Positions 37,565 through 47,100 of a stretch of DNA of 64,000 nucleotides are shown here, one piece after another (positions within the stretch are counted from its first letter, which is position 1; each line of letters begins with the position of its first letter). Where the stretch lies: sequence record MN445183.1; one strand, given 5' to 3'. A program made the translations under genes and the position numbers. Under the pieces are notes generated by a model that was not told where the DNA came from, searched no databases, and saw only the letters and a program-made list of their open reading frames with translations.

Positions 37565-39850
37565 ATGAGTGAAGGATTATCCCTCGGTGTGAACCACCAG
37601 ATGCTCGTTGACGAGTATTCGCCTAAAGCCGCTGACACGGACCAGGCCCTGGATGACATTACCGAGACGTTATCAACTGACGATTTAGATCTGTCAGAAG
37701 GAAATGAAACGCTGGTTATGTTAGCCGCCCATGCCCCTGAAGCGATTCCAACTGATCTTGAATTAGAGACGTTGTTGAACCGCGTAAAGGACGCTGTGCT
37801 CAGTTACATGGCTGGTCACAACGGCGAAACCAAGATCGAGTTGCAACAGCCAGAGGAACCACTGACTGATATCGGTCTTGAAGATTACAAAGATACCTTA
37901 CGTCTGATCAGAGACCGGGTGATTAAAGCCCTACGTTGGCTTGGTCGTCAGGTAGTGGCAACGTATAAACGTCTGAGTGACCGGTTGGGCCGTCTATCCT
38001 TACGTGTGATGTATATCGAACGTAAGATCGACTCATCTGGCGATACAACCATTCCTACAGACGTTGTTGCGCTACCGGCCTCAGCTGCAATGCTGTCGTT
38101 GTACGCTAAGCCACCGCAGAACGCTTCAGAAGTGATGAACGCCGTAGCCAAGGTAAAATGGTTGTTCACGACCATTCACAACGACTACGGGTTGTTCCAG
38201 CAAACGTTTAAACGGGCCATTGACGCTGGCGGTCGTGCAGAAGCTTTGGAAATCATCCAGGGATTTTTAAGCCATTTGTCCAATCGTCTGAACACTCGTG
38301 TAGATCCACAGCGTAACGGTCGTCAGGTCTTTAACCAGTTACCGAGTAACTTTATTGTTGAGATCTCGTCCGGTGCGTCGTTTACCGATTGCTGGGCAAC
38401 GATTAACCGTACAGCCATGGTGAACGTTGCCGGTACTGAATCACGCCGTCCTGATCGTGCTAGCCTGTCTCGTCTGATCAACGAGTTGAAGAACTTCTTA
38501 AAAGTGATCAATGAGTTGTACGGTAAGGTAGGGAGTCGTTTGACCACGGACTTCCGCAATATCACACGCGATGCGGAGCGTAGCCTGAGCGGAGATGATG
38601 TCGATTCGCGTACCGTAGAAGCATCGATCAACTGGTTCACCGAGCAGCAGAACCGTTTGTTCTATCGCAGCATGGTGTTAGGTTGTTCAGCTATCGCGGC
38701 AGCGTTGGACTACTGTGAAGTGTCGTTACGGCGTAACGTCGGTACGGAAGGGTTTGAAGACGAAGAGTCGGATATGCAACCGATCACACAATCGTTGTCT
38801 GACCTGCGGGGTGAGTTTGCTCAGCGTGAACGCGCATTGAGCGTCGCTTCGGTAAGCATGGCAACTGTGGCTGCATCATTGGAGGCCTTTAACGAACAGG
38901 TTGAAGGTTACGCTGACCATAGTGTCGGTAAACTGATGACCACCGAGTTGTTGCCGTTACGGATGCCTTGTGAAGCCCTGACGTATAACCACTGGGTCCT
39001 GGCGCCTGCTGAGATGAGTGAAGACTATTCACCTACGTTGCTTAAGCTGCTGCATAACGCCGATCGTGAACTTGATACTTTCTGTGAACGTGATGAAGTC
39101 TTTAAAACGTTAATCACCATACAGCAAGACAAGGAAGCTGAGAGCAATGAGATACTTGAACGTTATGGGTATCACGGCGGAGCTAACTATGTTCAATATC
39201 TATTTAACGATAATGCGATTCCGACGAGTTGCGCTGGTGTCCTGGAAGGGCCCGCTGTTAGCGTTGATAAGCTTATTGCTTTACTTAGTGCTTTCAGAAA
39301 GAGGACCTGTGTGGTTGGGGCGTCTCTTAGCAATAGCGATGTCCTCGTAAGCGAGCTGTATCGTGCGATAAGCCCCGCATCCTGCGTTGACGTGCAGGCG
39401 TCCGGTTTTACGGCTGGATGGGGTGTAAACACCGCTGTGAAGCATTCTGACTATGGTCCAACATCGGTGTACATCTCCTGCCTTAATAATGATGAAGTCT
39501 ACTGCGGTGATTTCCCAGCAATTGATGCTGAGGGTCGCGTACGCGCACAGGAACTCATCATCAAGCTGGTAGAGATGGATGGCGATCTGGTCGCGCAATG
39601 GTCTGACCTTAATCAGATCGTGCAGCGTGCTCGGTCGGTGCAAAACATCATTGCTGATGCATTAGCCGTGTCTAACCAAGGTAAGGTGGACGAATGCTTG
39701 ATGGACGGCGTGAAGTACATGCAGATGCTGCTTGTCGAAGTGCGTTGGCAAACTCGCTTACTGCGTGACATCGTGATGTACCGTTACGCATTGTTAATGG
39801 CGTTGTGCCAGTATCAGAAAACGGAGGTGACCGATGTTTCGTCCAGCTAA
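37565..39850 (+). CDS. putative head protein, two-part architecture
   Basis: IGLE early and VGTE/ASLE internally. Confidence 0.7.
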   Translation: MSEGLSLGVNHQMLVDEYSPKAADTDQALDDITETLSTDDLDLSEGNETLVMLAAHAPEAIPTDLELETLLNRVKDAVLSYMAGHNGETKIELQQPEEPLTDIGLEDYKDTLRLIRDRVIKALRWLGRQVVATYKRLSDRLGRLSLRVMYIERKIDSSGDTTIPTDVVALPASAAMLSLYAKPPQNASEVMNAVAKVKWLFTTIHNDYGLFQQTFKRAIDAGGRAEALEIIQGFLSHLSNRLNTRVDPQRNGRQVFNQLPSNFIVEISSGASFTDCWATINRTAMVNVAGTESRRPDRASLSRLINELKNFLKVINELYGKVGSRLTTDFRNITRDAERSLSGDDVDSRTVEASINWFTEQQNRLFYRSMVLGCSAIAAALDYCEVSLRRNVGTEGFEDEESDMQPITQSLSDLRGEFAQRERALSVASVSMATVAASLEAFNEQVEGYADHSVGKLMTTELLPLRMPCEALTYNHWVLAPAEMSEDYSPTLLKLLHNADRELDTFCERDEVFKTLITIQQDKEAESNEILERYGYHGGANYVQYLFNDNAIPTSCAGVLEGPAVSVDKLIALLSAFRKRTCVVGASLSNSDVLVSELYRAISPASCVDVQASGFTAGWGVNTAVKHSDYGPTSVYISCLNNDEVYCGDFPAIDAEGRVRAQELIIKLVEMDGDLVAQWSDLNQIVQRARSVQNIIADALAVSNQGKVDECLMDGVKYMQMLLVEVRWQTRLLRDIVMYRYALLMALCQYQKTEVTDVSSS

Positions 39851-40151
39851 GCTGCCGTATCTGTACGAGTATCCGTTGGACTTCACGCCATTTGCAAAAA
39901 CTATGGCTGCTCAAGTTGTTGGGCAACCGCCTACAAGAGAACTGGCTGCGGCACTGGCTGAACTCACAGGCCATCCATGGACTACGGAAGCACAACAACC
40001 GTATACGTTGTACGGCGCTACCGTGTTCTATCGGGGGCCAAATAAGCGTGAGTTTGCAACGAGCAATCGTTTCAAGTTCTGCATTGGGGTAAAACTGAGC
40101 ACGTACTACTTCAGTAAAGAATTGTACCTCGTATTTAACATATTACCATAA
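39834..40151 (+). CDS. hypothetical protein
   Basis: GGAGGTG RBS, overlaps previous stop. Confidence 0.8.
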   Translation: MFRPAKLPYLYEYPLDFTPFAKTMAAQVVGQPPTRELAAALAELTGHPWTTEAQQPYTLYGATVFYRGPNKREFATSNRFKFCIGVKLSTYYFSKELYLVFNILP

Positions 40152-40154
40152 TCA

Positions 40155-40209
40155 GCATAAAAGGTGTTTCTTCCCCGGTTGGGGAAGAAACCCTTTAGCA
40201 CTTATGTCG
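40155..40209. terminator. bidirectional terminator, GCATAA family
   Basis: aaggtgtttcttcccc-ggtt-ggggaagaaacccttt; TTATGTCG variant. Confidence 0.85.
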
Positions 40210-40210
40210 C

Positions 40211-41134
40211 TTACAGAACCAGTTCTAAAACAGGCCGCCAGTAATAGCCAGCCGCATTGTAAATAAGACCAGTTGCCATTGCATCAAAAGTAGTGGTGCC
40301 GAACATGACAAGGTATCCGGAATTATTGTAATAATGCTGAGTTAACGTATAGCCGTGCGCGTTGGATGAATTACCTGCAGTGTAAAGATAATCGTCACAA
40401 CGTGGGCGCGTGGTTAACGTGCTGGAGTTTAAGAAAACTCGGCCCATGGTACGGAACCATTCCGAGTTCATGTGGGTTTCACCAATGGTGGCGGCAGCGT
40501 ATTCGTTAGTGGGTACGGTAGACCCTTTCGGTAACCGCACCGCGTAAGTGAACCCGGCCTTAGTTACTTTCTTGTTCTGAATCGTCGGGGAGGCGCCCGG
40601 TATAGCGTTTGGTTTCCAGGGGTGGTTGCCATTGTCATCGCTGCCGAATACACAACCAGCCAAGTAAATTTTACTCATACTTGCATCAGTGCATACGGAT
40701 TGCATAGGGATAAATACAATTTTACCATCCAATGCAAATTTGCACCAGGTGCTCATCGAAGCATTTGCAGTTGCGTTGATGCCAGTGGCTGACACCAATT
40801 CCGCAGCGGAAAAGAACTCAGCGGCTGTCAGTGTGCCAAAATACCCTTCTGTCCAGTCACCACGAATCAGCGTAGTTGGTCCAGGTCCTGTGTCAGGAAA
40901 ATAACCGTATGCCTTATTCTGGCTAAGCACTACGTCATTACCTTTGGCGATGGCAATTACGTAATGATACACTTTGTTACGCGCGGCAGTGGCATCGATG
41001 TACGAGGTCTCACTACCGGATAAGGTGACTAGTTCGCTTGGTAAGTTGGCCAGATTAATAGGGGATGTCGCGCGGTATATTTTGACGGAATCCGCATCAG
41101 TGTTTCCTGTACCCCAATCTATTTTAATACTCAT
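40211..41134 (-). CDS. putative virion protein, FN3-like N-domain plus gp131-like domain
   Basis: IDW..VKIYR..YID..YHYVI; GPGP..GYFG..WRPVLE. Confidence 0.8.
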   Translation of the reverse strand: MSIKIDWGTGNTDADSVKIYRATSPINLANLPSELVTLSGSETSYIDATAARNKVYHYVIAIAKGNDVVLSQNKAYGYFPDTGPGPTTLIRGDWTEGYFGTLTAAEFFSAAELVSATGINATANASMSTWCKFALDGKIVFIPMQSVCTDASMSKIYLAGCVFGSDDNGNHPWKPNAIPGASPTIQNKKVTKAGFTYAVRLPKGSTVPTNEYAAATIGETHMNSEWFRTMGRVFLNSSTLTTRPRCDDYLYTAGNSSNAHGYTLTQHYYNNSGYLVMFGTTTFDAMATGLIYNAAGYYWRPVLELVL

Positions 41135-41136
41135 GC

Positions 41137-42138
41137 TTAACCCTCAATCAATTCAAGTACTGGCCACCACTCGTAGCCTTGGGTTGTGATACCCGATACG
41201 TTGTCGAAAGCCAATGTTTTAGACAGCATCATCTTAGCACCGTATTCCAGATCAGAGCTGGTTAAGTTGACAGGTCCGCGGGCACTGCAATAGTTAGCAG
41301 AGCGTATCTCCTGGCCCAGTAAATAGGTGTTCATTGTCCCATTGAGGGTAAGATCAGCGTAATAGTAACGACCGTTCAAATAGAAGTTATTAAGACGTTG
41401 TGTCGGTATGACCTGATGATAGATCGGGGATGTCAAATCATCAAACTCTGGATATGGAACTTTGTTCTGCACGCTTGGTACTTCAACAGAAGGTGTGTCG
41501 AACCACGTCTTCATGAGACGGACGCGATACCAGTCAGCACCGATCTTTACTTTCCCCGTCTGGGGCTTATACGGGCCGGTAAATAGAGATTGGGCAAATG
41601 AGTTAGTTCCATCACCATCCTGACCAAACACCAGACCTAAGTCATACAGACCTTTCCAGCTAACGTTAAGCGCAATAGGTCCTTCAGGAATAATCAGGAT
41701 TTTATTGTTGCGAACATATTTGTGCCACAGCGGGGCAATACGCGGCATCGATATGTTAGCGAAGATGGCGGTTGTGACACCAACGGCCGTAGCTAAAGCA
41801 TTGGGGTAGATGAATTCGCCGCTCGGTATGCTACCAAAATAACCAAGCGTGTTATCGCCTTGGATTAGTTTCTGTGGGCCATAGCCACGACGGGATATTG
41901 CGGTCACTTCATAGTTCTGCGATACCGCGCGGTCGGTGGCGTTGCTGGTTACGAAGACGTAGTAGTACGTCTTACCAAGCAACACATCTTTGGTATCGGT
42001 GTAATTGGTTTCACCGCCTGTTAAGGTTGCGATAGGTGTGTCAGGTAAATTATTGCGATCCAGTGGCGCGTCTCCACGGAAAATTTCTAACTTAACACTG
42101 TTGCTGTTAAGGTTTTCCCAGTTTAAATAAATCTGCAT
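41137..42138 (-). CDS. putative virion protein, FN3-like N-domain plus gp131-like domain
   Basis: LNW..LEIFR..YTD..YYYVF; GYFG..WWPVLE; paralog of neighbour. Confidence 0.8.
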   Translation of the reverse strand: MQIYLNWENLNSNSVKLEIFRGDAPLDRNNLPDTPIATLTGGETNYTDTKDVLLGKTYYYVFVTSNATDRAVSQNYEVTAISRRGYGPQKLIQGDNTLGYFGSIPSGEFIYPNALATAVGVTTAIFANISMPRIAPLWHKYVRNNKILIIPEGPIALNVSWKGLYDLGLVFGQDGDGTNSFAQSLFTGPYKPQTGKVKIGADWYRVRLMKTWFDTPSVEVPSVQNKVPYPEFDDLTSPIYHQVIPTQRLNNFYLNGRYYYADLTLNGTMNTYLLGQEIRSANYCSARGPVNLTSSDLEYGAKMMLSKTLAFDNVSGITTQGYEWWPVLELIEG

Positions 42139-42149
42139 ACAAGCACCCG

Positions 42150-43331
42150 TTAATCAGTTACAGTTGTGATGGCTATTAGTGGGATAGACTGTTGGGTAGT
42201 ATCAATCTTAATATTAAACACCGGGCTAATTAACCCAGTTTTCTCAAACGACAAAGAAATACGAGGGTCGAGATCAGGCGTATTTGCAGTCAACAACACA
42301 GGTGCATTACTGACAGACAAGTATGGTTTGGCCTGAGCGGTAGAGTCAGCGGTTATATTACCGACCGCCTTAATCAATTGGTCAGTTGTTATTGAGACGA
42401 CCAGTGTCTGCGCCGCACCCACCGCTTGCCCAACTATAATTGGCTCAGCATTTTCTACTACGACGCCAGGCGGCTTAATCGATTTCCCAGTCGTAATTGC
42501 GACATTGGTAACATTTTTGACAGGCACGCCAACCGGCCCAAATGACGGAACAGGCGTATTGATCAGAACGCCTTCCGCCGCTGCCGTTACCGCATAAGGA
42601 CCTAACACAATGTTAGGATCACGCACAAGTTCAACCACTGGTGTCCACGCATAGTTAGCCGGTGCCGATGACCCCATCCCCTCACTGCCGATGACTTCCA
42701 TCGCGTAGCCGCCCATTGGTGCGTTTAGGGTACTGAGGTTACGTCGATAAGCAACGGTAGCGTTACTGCTGCGCTCCAACATCAACGAAAACGAACTTGC
42801 AACACCATTATTTGCCCACGGTCCATGTACCACTTTGTCGAACAAAGCAAGTTCGGCAGACAGGATACTCATATCTGCATATGGATCGGTGTCGGTGCCA
42901 TACGGCGTACGAACCACCAACGGCCAATATGTCATCTTTCCTTTAGTGAACTCGGGTTTCACCTGTAGGTTAAACTGCTCGACCTCCTTCATTCCACTGG
43001 GTAGTGGCGAACGACCATACCCTTTCTTACCGTAGATCAATCCACTGTTATAAAGATCTTTCCACGTCACCTTCCCCAGGACGTAACTGGAAGGTATATA
43101 GAAAACGGTGCTGTTGTTTAAAATAAACTTGTGCCACAACGACAGGGCGTACGTCAGCTTGGTAGCAGACGTTACCATGGCGCTGATCTCACCCATGCTA
43201 AACAATTCACCCGGCGTTACCGTTCCAAAATACCCCGCTTCTTTATTTCCTGCAATTAACTTCTTGTTACCAGGTCCGGACCAAGAGACCAGATTAGGAT
43301 CTCCGCCGCCAGACAACATCATCTCTAACAT
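42150..43331 (-). CDS. MLE-tag putative virion protein, gp131-like domain plus Val/Pro-rich tail
   Basis: MLEMMLSGG start at 43331 behind GAGG; GPG..GYFG..WTPVVE. Confidence 0.8.
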   Translation of the reverse strand: MLEMMLSGGGDPNLVSWSGPGNKKLIAGNKEAGYFGTVTPGELFSMGEISAMVTSATKLTYALSLWHKFILNNSTVFYIPSSYVLGKVTWKDLYNSGLIYGKKGYGRSPLPSGMKEVEQFNLQVKPEFTKGKMTYWPLVVRTPYGTDTDPYADMSILSAELALFDKVVHGPWANNGVASSFSLMLERSSNATVAYRRNLSTLNAPMGGYAMEVIGSEGMGSSAPANYAWTPVVELVRDPNIVLGPYAVTAAAEGVLINTPVPSFGPVGVPVKNVTNVAITTGKSIKPPGVVVENAEPIIVGQAVGAAQTLVVSITTDQLIKAVGNITADSTAQAKPYLSVSNAPVLLTANTPDLDPRISLSFEKTGLISPVFNIKIDTTQQSIPLIAITTVTD

Positions 43332-43382
43332 ACAGACCTCGGTATAAAAGGACGCCAGGATTACACCCAACGTCCTGGATTA

Positions 43383-44057
43383 TTATTCGAGGAAGCTTAA
43401 CGGTAATTCAGGCAGTGTGTCACCAACGGCCAGTTTAAGCACCGCATCTTTGAACCCCCAGTAACGCTTATACGCTGCGTCAATGCCGGACAGTAGCGCC
43501 AGCAATTGATCAACGAGTTCAGCAGGGGTGAATTCAATGAAGGTGTTTTCGTAGGTACGGATAGAAGTTACATCCGTTGCCCCGGCTTCTTTGCGCATCT
43601 GTGCTACCTGGAACAGACCAACCCAGTTAGAGCGGTCACGTGGTGCGGCCTGTAAATGGAAGCTGACAGGTTCACCGTTCACTTCTTTCGTAAACGGAAT
43701 ACCCGTTTTCAGTTCACTCTCAACCAACTCGTCAGCTTCTTTCAGCAGCGCTGAACGGGCGTCGTTAAACTTGATGGAAGCGTCAGTTTCAGACACAACC
43801 CAGGTCTGGTACCACTCACCGTCTTCACGCAGCTCAGGCGCACCCTGAGTAACAATATCACCGGTAGGCGGGTTAGATGGATTAACCACCGCATAACCAA
43901 ATTCAGCCAGTTCAGATACCGGTAAGGTATCGGAAGAGAAGATGGTCTGCTGGTTATCGGCTTTCAGGTTACGGTAGTAACGTGGGTACTCAAGAGTATC
44001 CAGTTTAATCAACGGCGTAGAACCGTTAATCACACGTACAGTTTGGGTATCGCTCAT
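43383..44057 (-). CDS. putative tail fibre assembly/chaperone protein (DUF4376-like C-terminus)
   Basis: follows fibre gene; W.Q.W motif then GIPF..FHLQAAPRDRSNW..IRTYEN pattern. Confidence 0.65.
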   Translation of the reverse strand: MSDTQTVRVINGSTPLIKLDTLEYPRYYRNLKADNQQTIFSSDTLPVSELAEFGYAVVNPSNPPTGDIVTQGAPELREDGEWYQTWVVSETDASIKFNDARSALLKEADELVESELKTGIPFTKEVNGEPVSFHLQAAPRDRSNWVGLFQVAQMRKEAGATDVTSIRTYENTFIEFTPAELVDQLLALLSGIDAAYKRYWGFKDAVLKLAVGDTLPELPLSFLE

Positions 44058-44094
44058 AGCGTCCTCAATCTACAAAAATGAAAAAGGTAAGGTA

Positions 44095-44114
44095 AGGGGA
44101 GGTTTCCCTCCCCT
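44095..44114. terminator. hairpin between fibre and chaperone genes
   Basis: aggggagg-tttc-cctcccct. Confidence 0.5.
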
Positions 44115-44119
44115 AACAC

Positions 44120-47100
44120 TTAGACAGTCATGGCGACCTGACCAGTCAGGTTAGCACCATCCCACAGCAGCGCGATAACCGTACGGGTATCGCCCAGCGT
44201 AGGCGCTTCACCACGAGACCAGCTGATGGGGTTAGTAAAGGTAATGTTACCGCCTTTACCTTCCAGCACGATCACGATGGTCGCGATACGTGTTGCCGCC
44301 GGCAGGTTCTTAATGGTCAGCGCTTTGGTGGTGGTTGCGGACAGTTTAAAGCCGTTACCCAGCGCGAAATCCAACGTGGCGCCAGTAGGTTGCACCAGCT
44401 TCAGATCGTAGCGATCGAAGTCGAATACCAGATCAACCCAGGTACCGTCGATACGAACTTTACGTTTCCCGTCGTGAGCAGCATCGTAAACGTTACCGCC
44501 GCCCAGCACACCGAGTTTAGACCATGCGGTCGTAGAGGTCTTCTGGTAGTATTCCTGGTTGGTGGTATCCAAGAAGTAGTCACCAATAACCCCATCGGCT
44601 ACGCCAGGTTCACGAGCGAAGACGAGCCACTTGGTGCCAGGGTCGCCCTTGTCACCTTTGTTGCCTTTGTCACCCTGCTCACCTTTAGCGCCGGTCAGAC
44701 CACGCGCGCCCACGTCACCTTTCGGTCCCTGGATAGGGCCAACGTTCACGAATGCGGAACCATCCCACACGTAGAAGTTGGTGCCGATCATGTACCCGTC
44801 ACCAGCGGCAGCGGCAGAAGCAGGCAGATCACCCACGGTATCTTTCTTACCGAGGATCCTGATACCTGCACCCATCTCACCCTGAGGACCCTGAGGACCA
44901 ACATCGCCCTTGAAGTCACCCAGTTCTTGCCAGGAGGCGCCATTCCAGTATTTCAGGATGGTACCCACCGCCCAGGTGTCGCCCACTACTCGATCAGCGC
45001 TTGGCAGACCGTCATCGGTATCAACGTGACCTTTGAAGGAAACACTATCACCTTTGACACCCTGAGGACCAACTTCACCAGTCAGACCCTGGATACCCCG
45101 ATCACCCTGGATACCTTTTTCACCGGTATCACCTTTGTCACCCTTGGCACCAGTTTGACCAATATCCCCCTTATCGCCTTTAGGACCTTGCAGGCTACCC
45201 AGATCCAGCCATGCGGTTCCGCTGGAGACATGGGAGTGCATGGTGTCAGACGCGACGTAGATCCAACCGGTGTTACCAACAGCAGCCGCAGGTAGTGCAG
45301 ATGCAGAAGCTACCGTGCCTTTCGGCACCAGACCCACACCCATATCACCCTTCGCACCAGTATCGCCCTTCGCACCAGTGTCACCCTTGGCTCCTGACAT
45401 ATCACCCATGTCAATCCAAGATGCACCGTCGGAGATATACGAATGCTTGGTGTCAGCTGTGGTGTAGTACCAGCCGGCGTTGGCCGGAGCGGCCGCAGGC
45501 AGCGCTGCCGCATTAGCAACAGAACCTTTAGCTACCACTGACGCGCCGGCGTCACCTTTGCTGCCGGTATCGCCTTTATCACCCTTGGCGCCTGTCGGCC
45601 CAACGTCGCCCTTCGCACCAGAAAAATCACCGAAATCAATCCAGGCAGTACCGTTAGAGATATGCGAGTGCTTATCATCTAACGTCACATACATGTGACC
45701 GGTGTTGTCTGCTGCTGCCGCAGGTAAATCAGCAGCTGAAGCAACGGTACCCTTAGGTGTCACCCCAGCCCCCACATCACCCTGAGGACCAACTTCACCG
45801 GTGTCACCTTTCGGACCAACCTCACCCTGAGGACCAACCTCACCGGTATCGCCTTTATCGCCTTTCGGACCCTGCTCACCCTTATCACCTTTCGGCCCCT
45901 GAATCACACCAACATCAACAAAGGCGGTGTCAACCCAAGTCCAGAGATGACCATTGATCAGGTAACCATCACCGTTAGAGGCAACTGACGGCAACTGCGA
46001 CTCGTTGTCAAATTTACCCAGGATCGTGACCGAGCGACCAGGGTCACCTTTGTCACCCTTGGCGCCGGTATCACCTTTGGCGCCAGCAGCACCAGTCGCA
46101 CCGGTATCACCCTTGTCGCCTTTATCGCCTTTATCACCTTTAATGCCGGTGACAACGCCGGAGTCTTCCCAGGCGTCGGTCTGCCACACCATCAGGTGGG
46201 ATTCACCACTAACGGTAACGATGTAAGCATCGCCATCGGTGTTACCGCTGCTCGGTAATGCGGAAGAAGAAGCAAGTTTGCCTTTCAATGCAATACCAGT
46301 ACCGGTATCACCCTTGTCGCCTTTCTCACCCTTGTCGCCTTTCTCACCCTTGGCACCGTCTACGCCGTTAGTGCCGTCTTTACCAGCAGGACCTTGAAGA
46401 CCAGTATTACCCTGTTCCCCTTTCTCCCCTTTCTCACCGGTTTCACCTTTCTCACCAGTGTCACCTTTCGGTCCCTGGATAGGCCCCATATTTTCGAAAG
46501 AGTCGCCATCCCAACCGTAGAAATCACCATTGATCAGGTAACCCTGACCGAGTTCAGCGGAACCAGGTAATTCAGACGTGGCGTTCAATTTACCGAGAAT
46601 GGTAATGCCTGGGCCCATTTCACCCTGGATACCCTGATCACCCTTATCGCCTTTGGCGCCAGACATATCGCCCATGTCGATCCAGGCAGTGCCGTTAGAA
46701 ATATGCGAATGCTTGGTATCGAGCGTGGTGTAGTAGTGACCGATGTTATCGGCGGATGCAGGTGGGAGTGCTGCCGCGTTAGCAACAGAACCTTTAGCGA
46801 ATACAGGCGCGCCGGTATCACCCTTGTCGCCTTTATCACCCTTATCACCTTTGACACCCTGGATACCCTGAATGCCCTGCTCCCCAGTATCACCCTTAGG
46901 ACCGGTTTGGCCGATGGAGCCTTGTTCCCCTTTATCGCCCTTATCGCCTTTATCGCCTTTAGGACCCACCTGACCAACGATAGACCACTGAGTGCCGTCC
47001 CACACGTGCATTTGTTTCTCGATGATGTACGCATCACCGTTAATCATGCCGGATACCGGCAGGTCAGCTGTGGTGCCAAAAGAACCACGGATTTGCAGAC

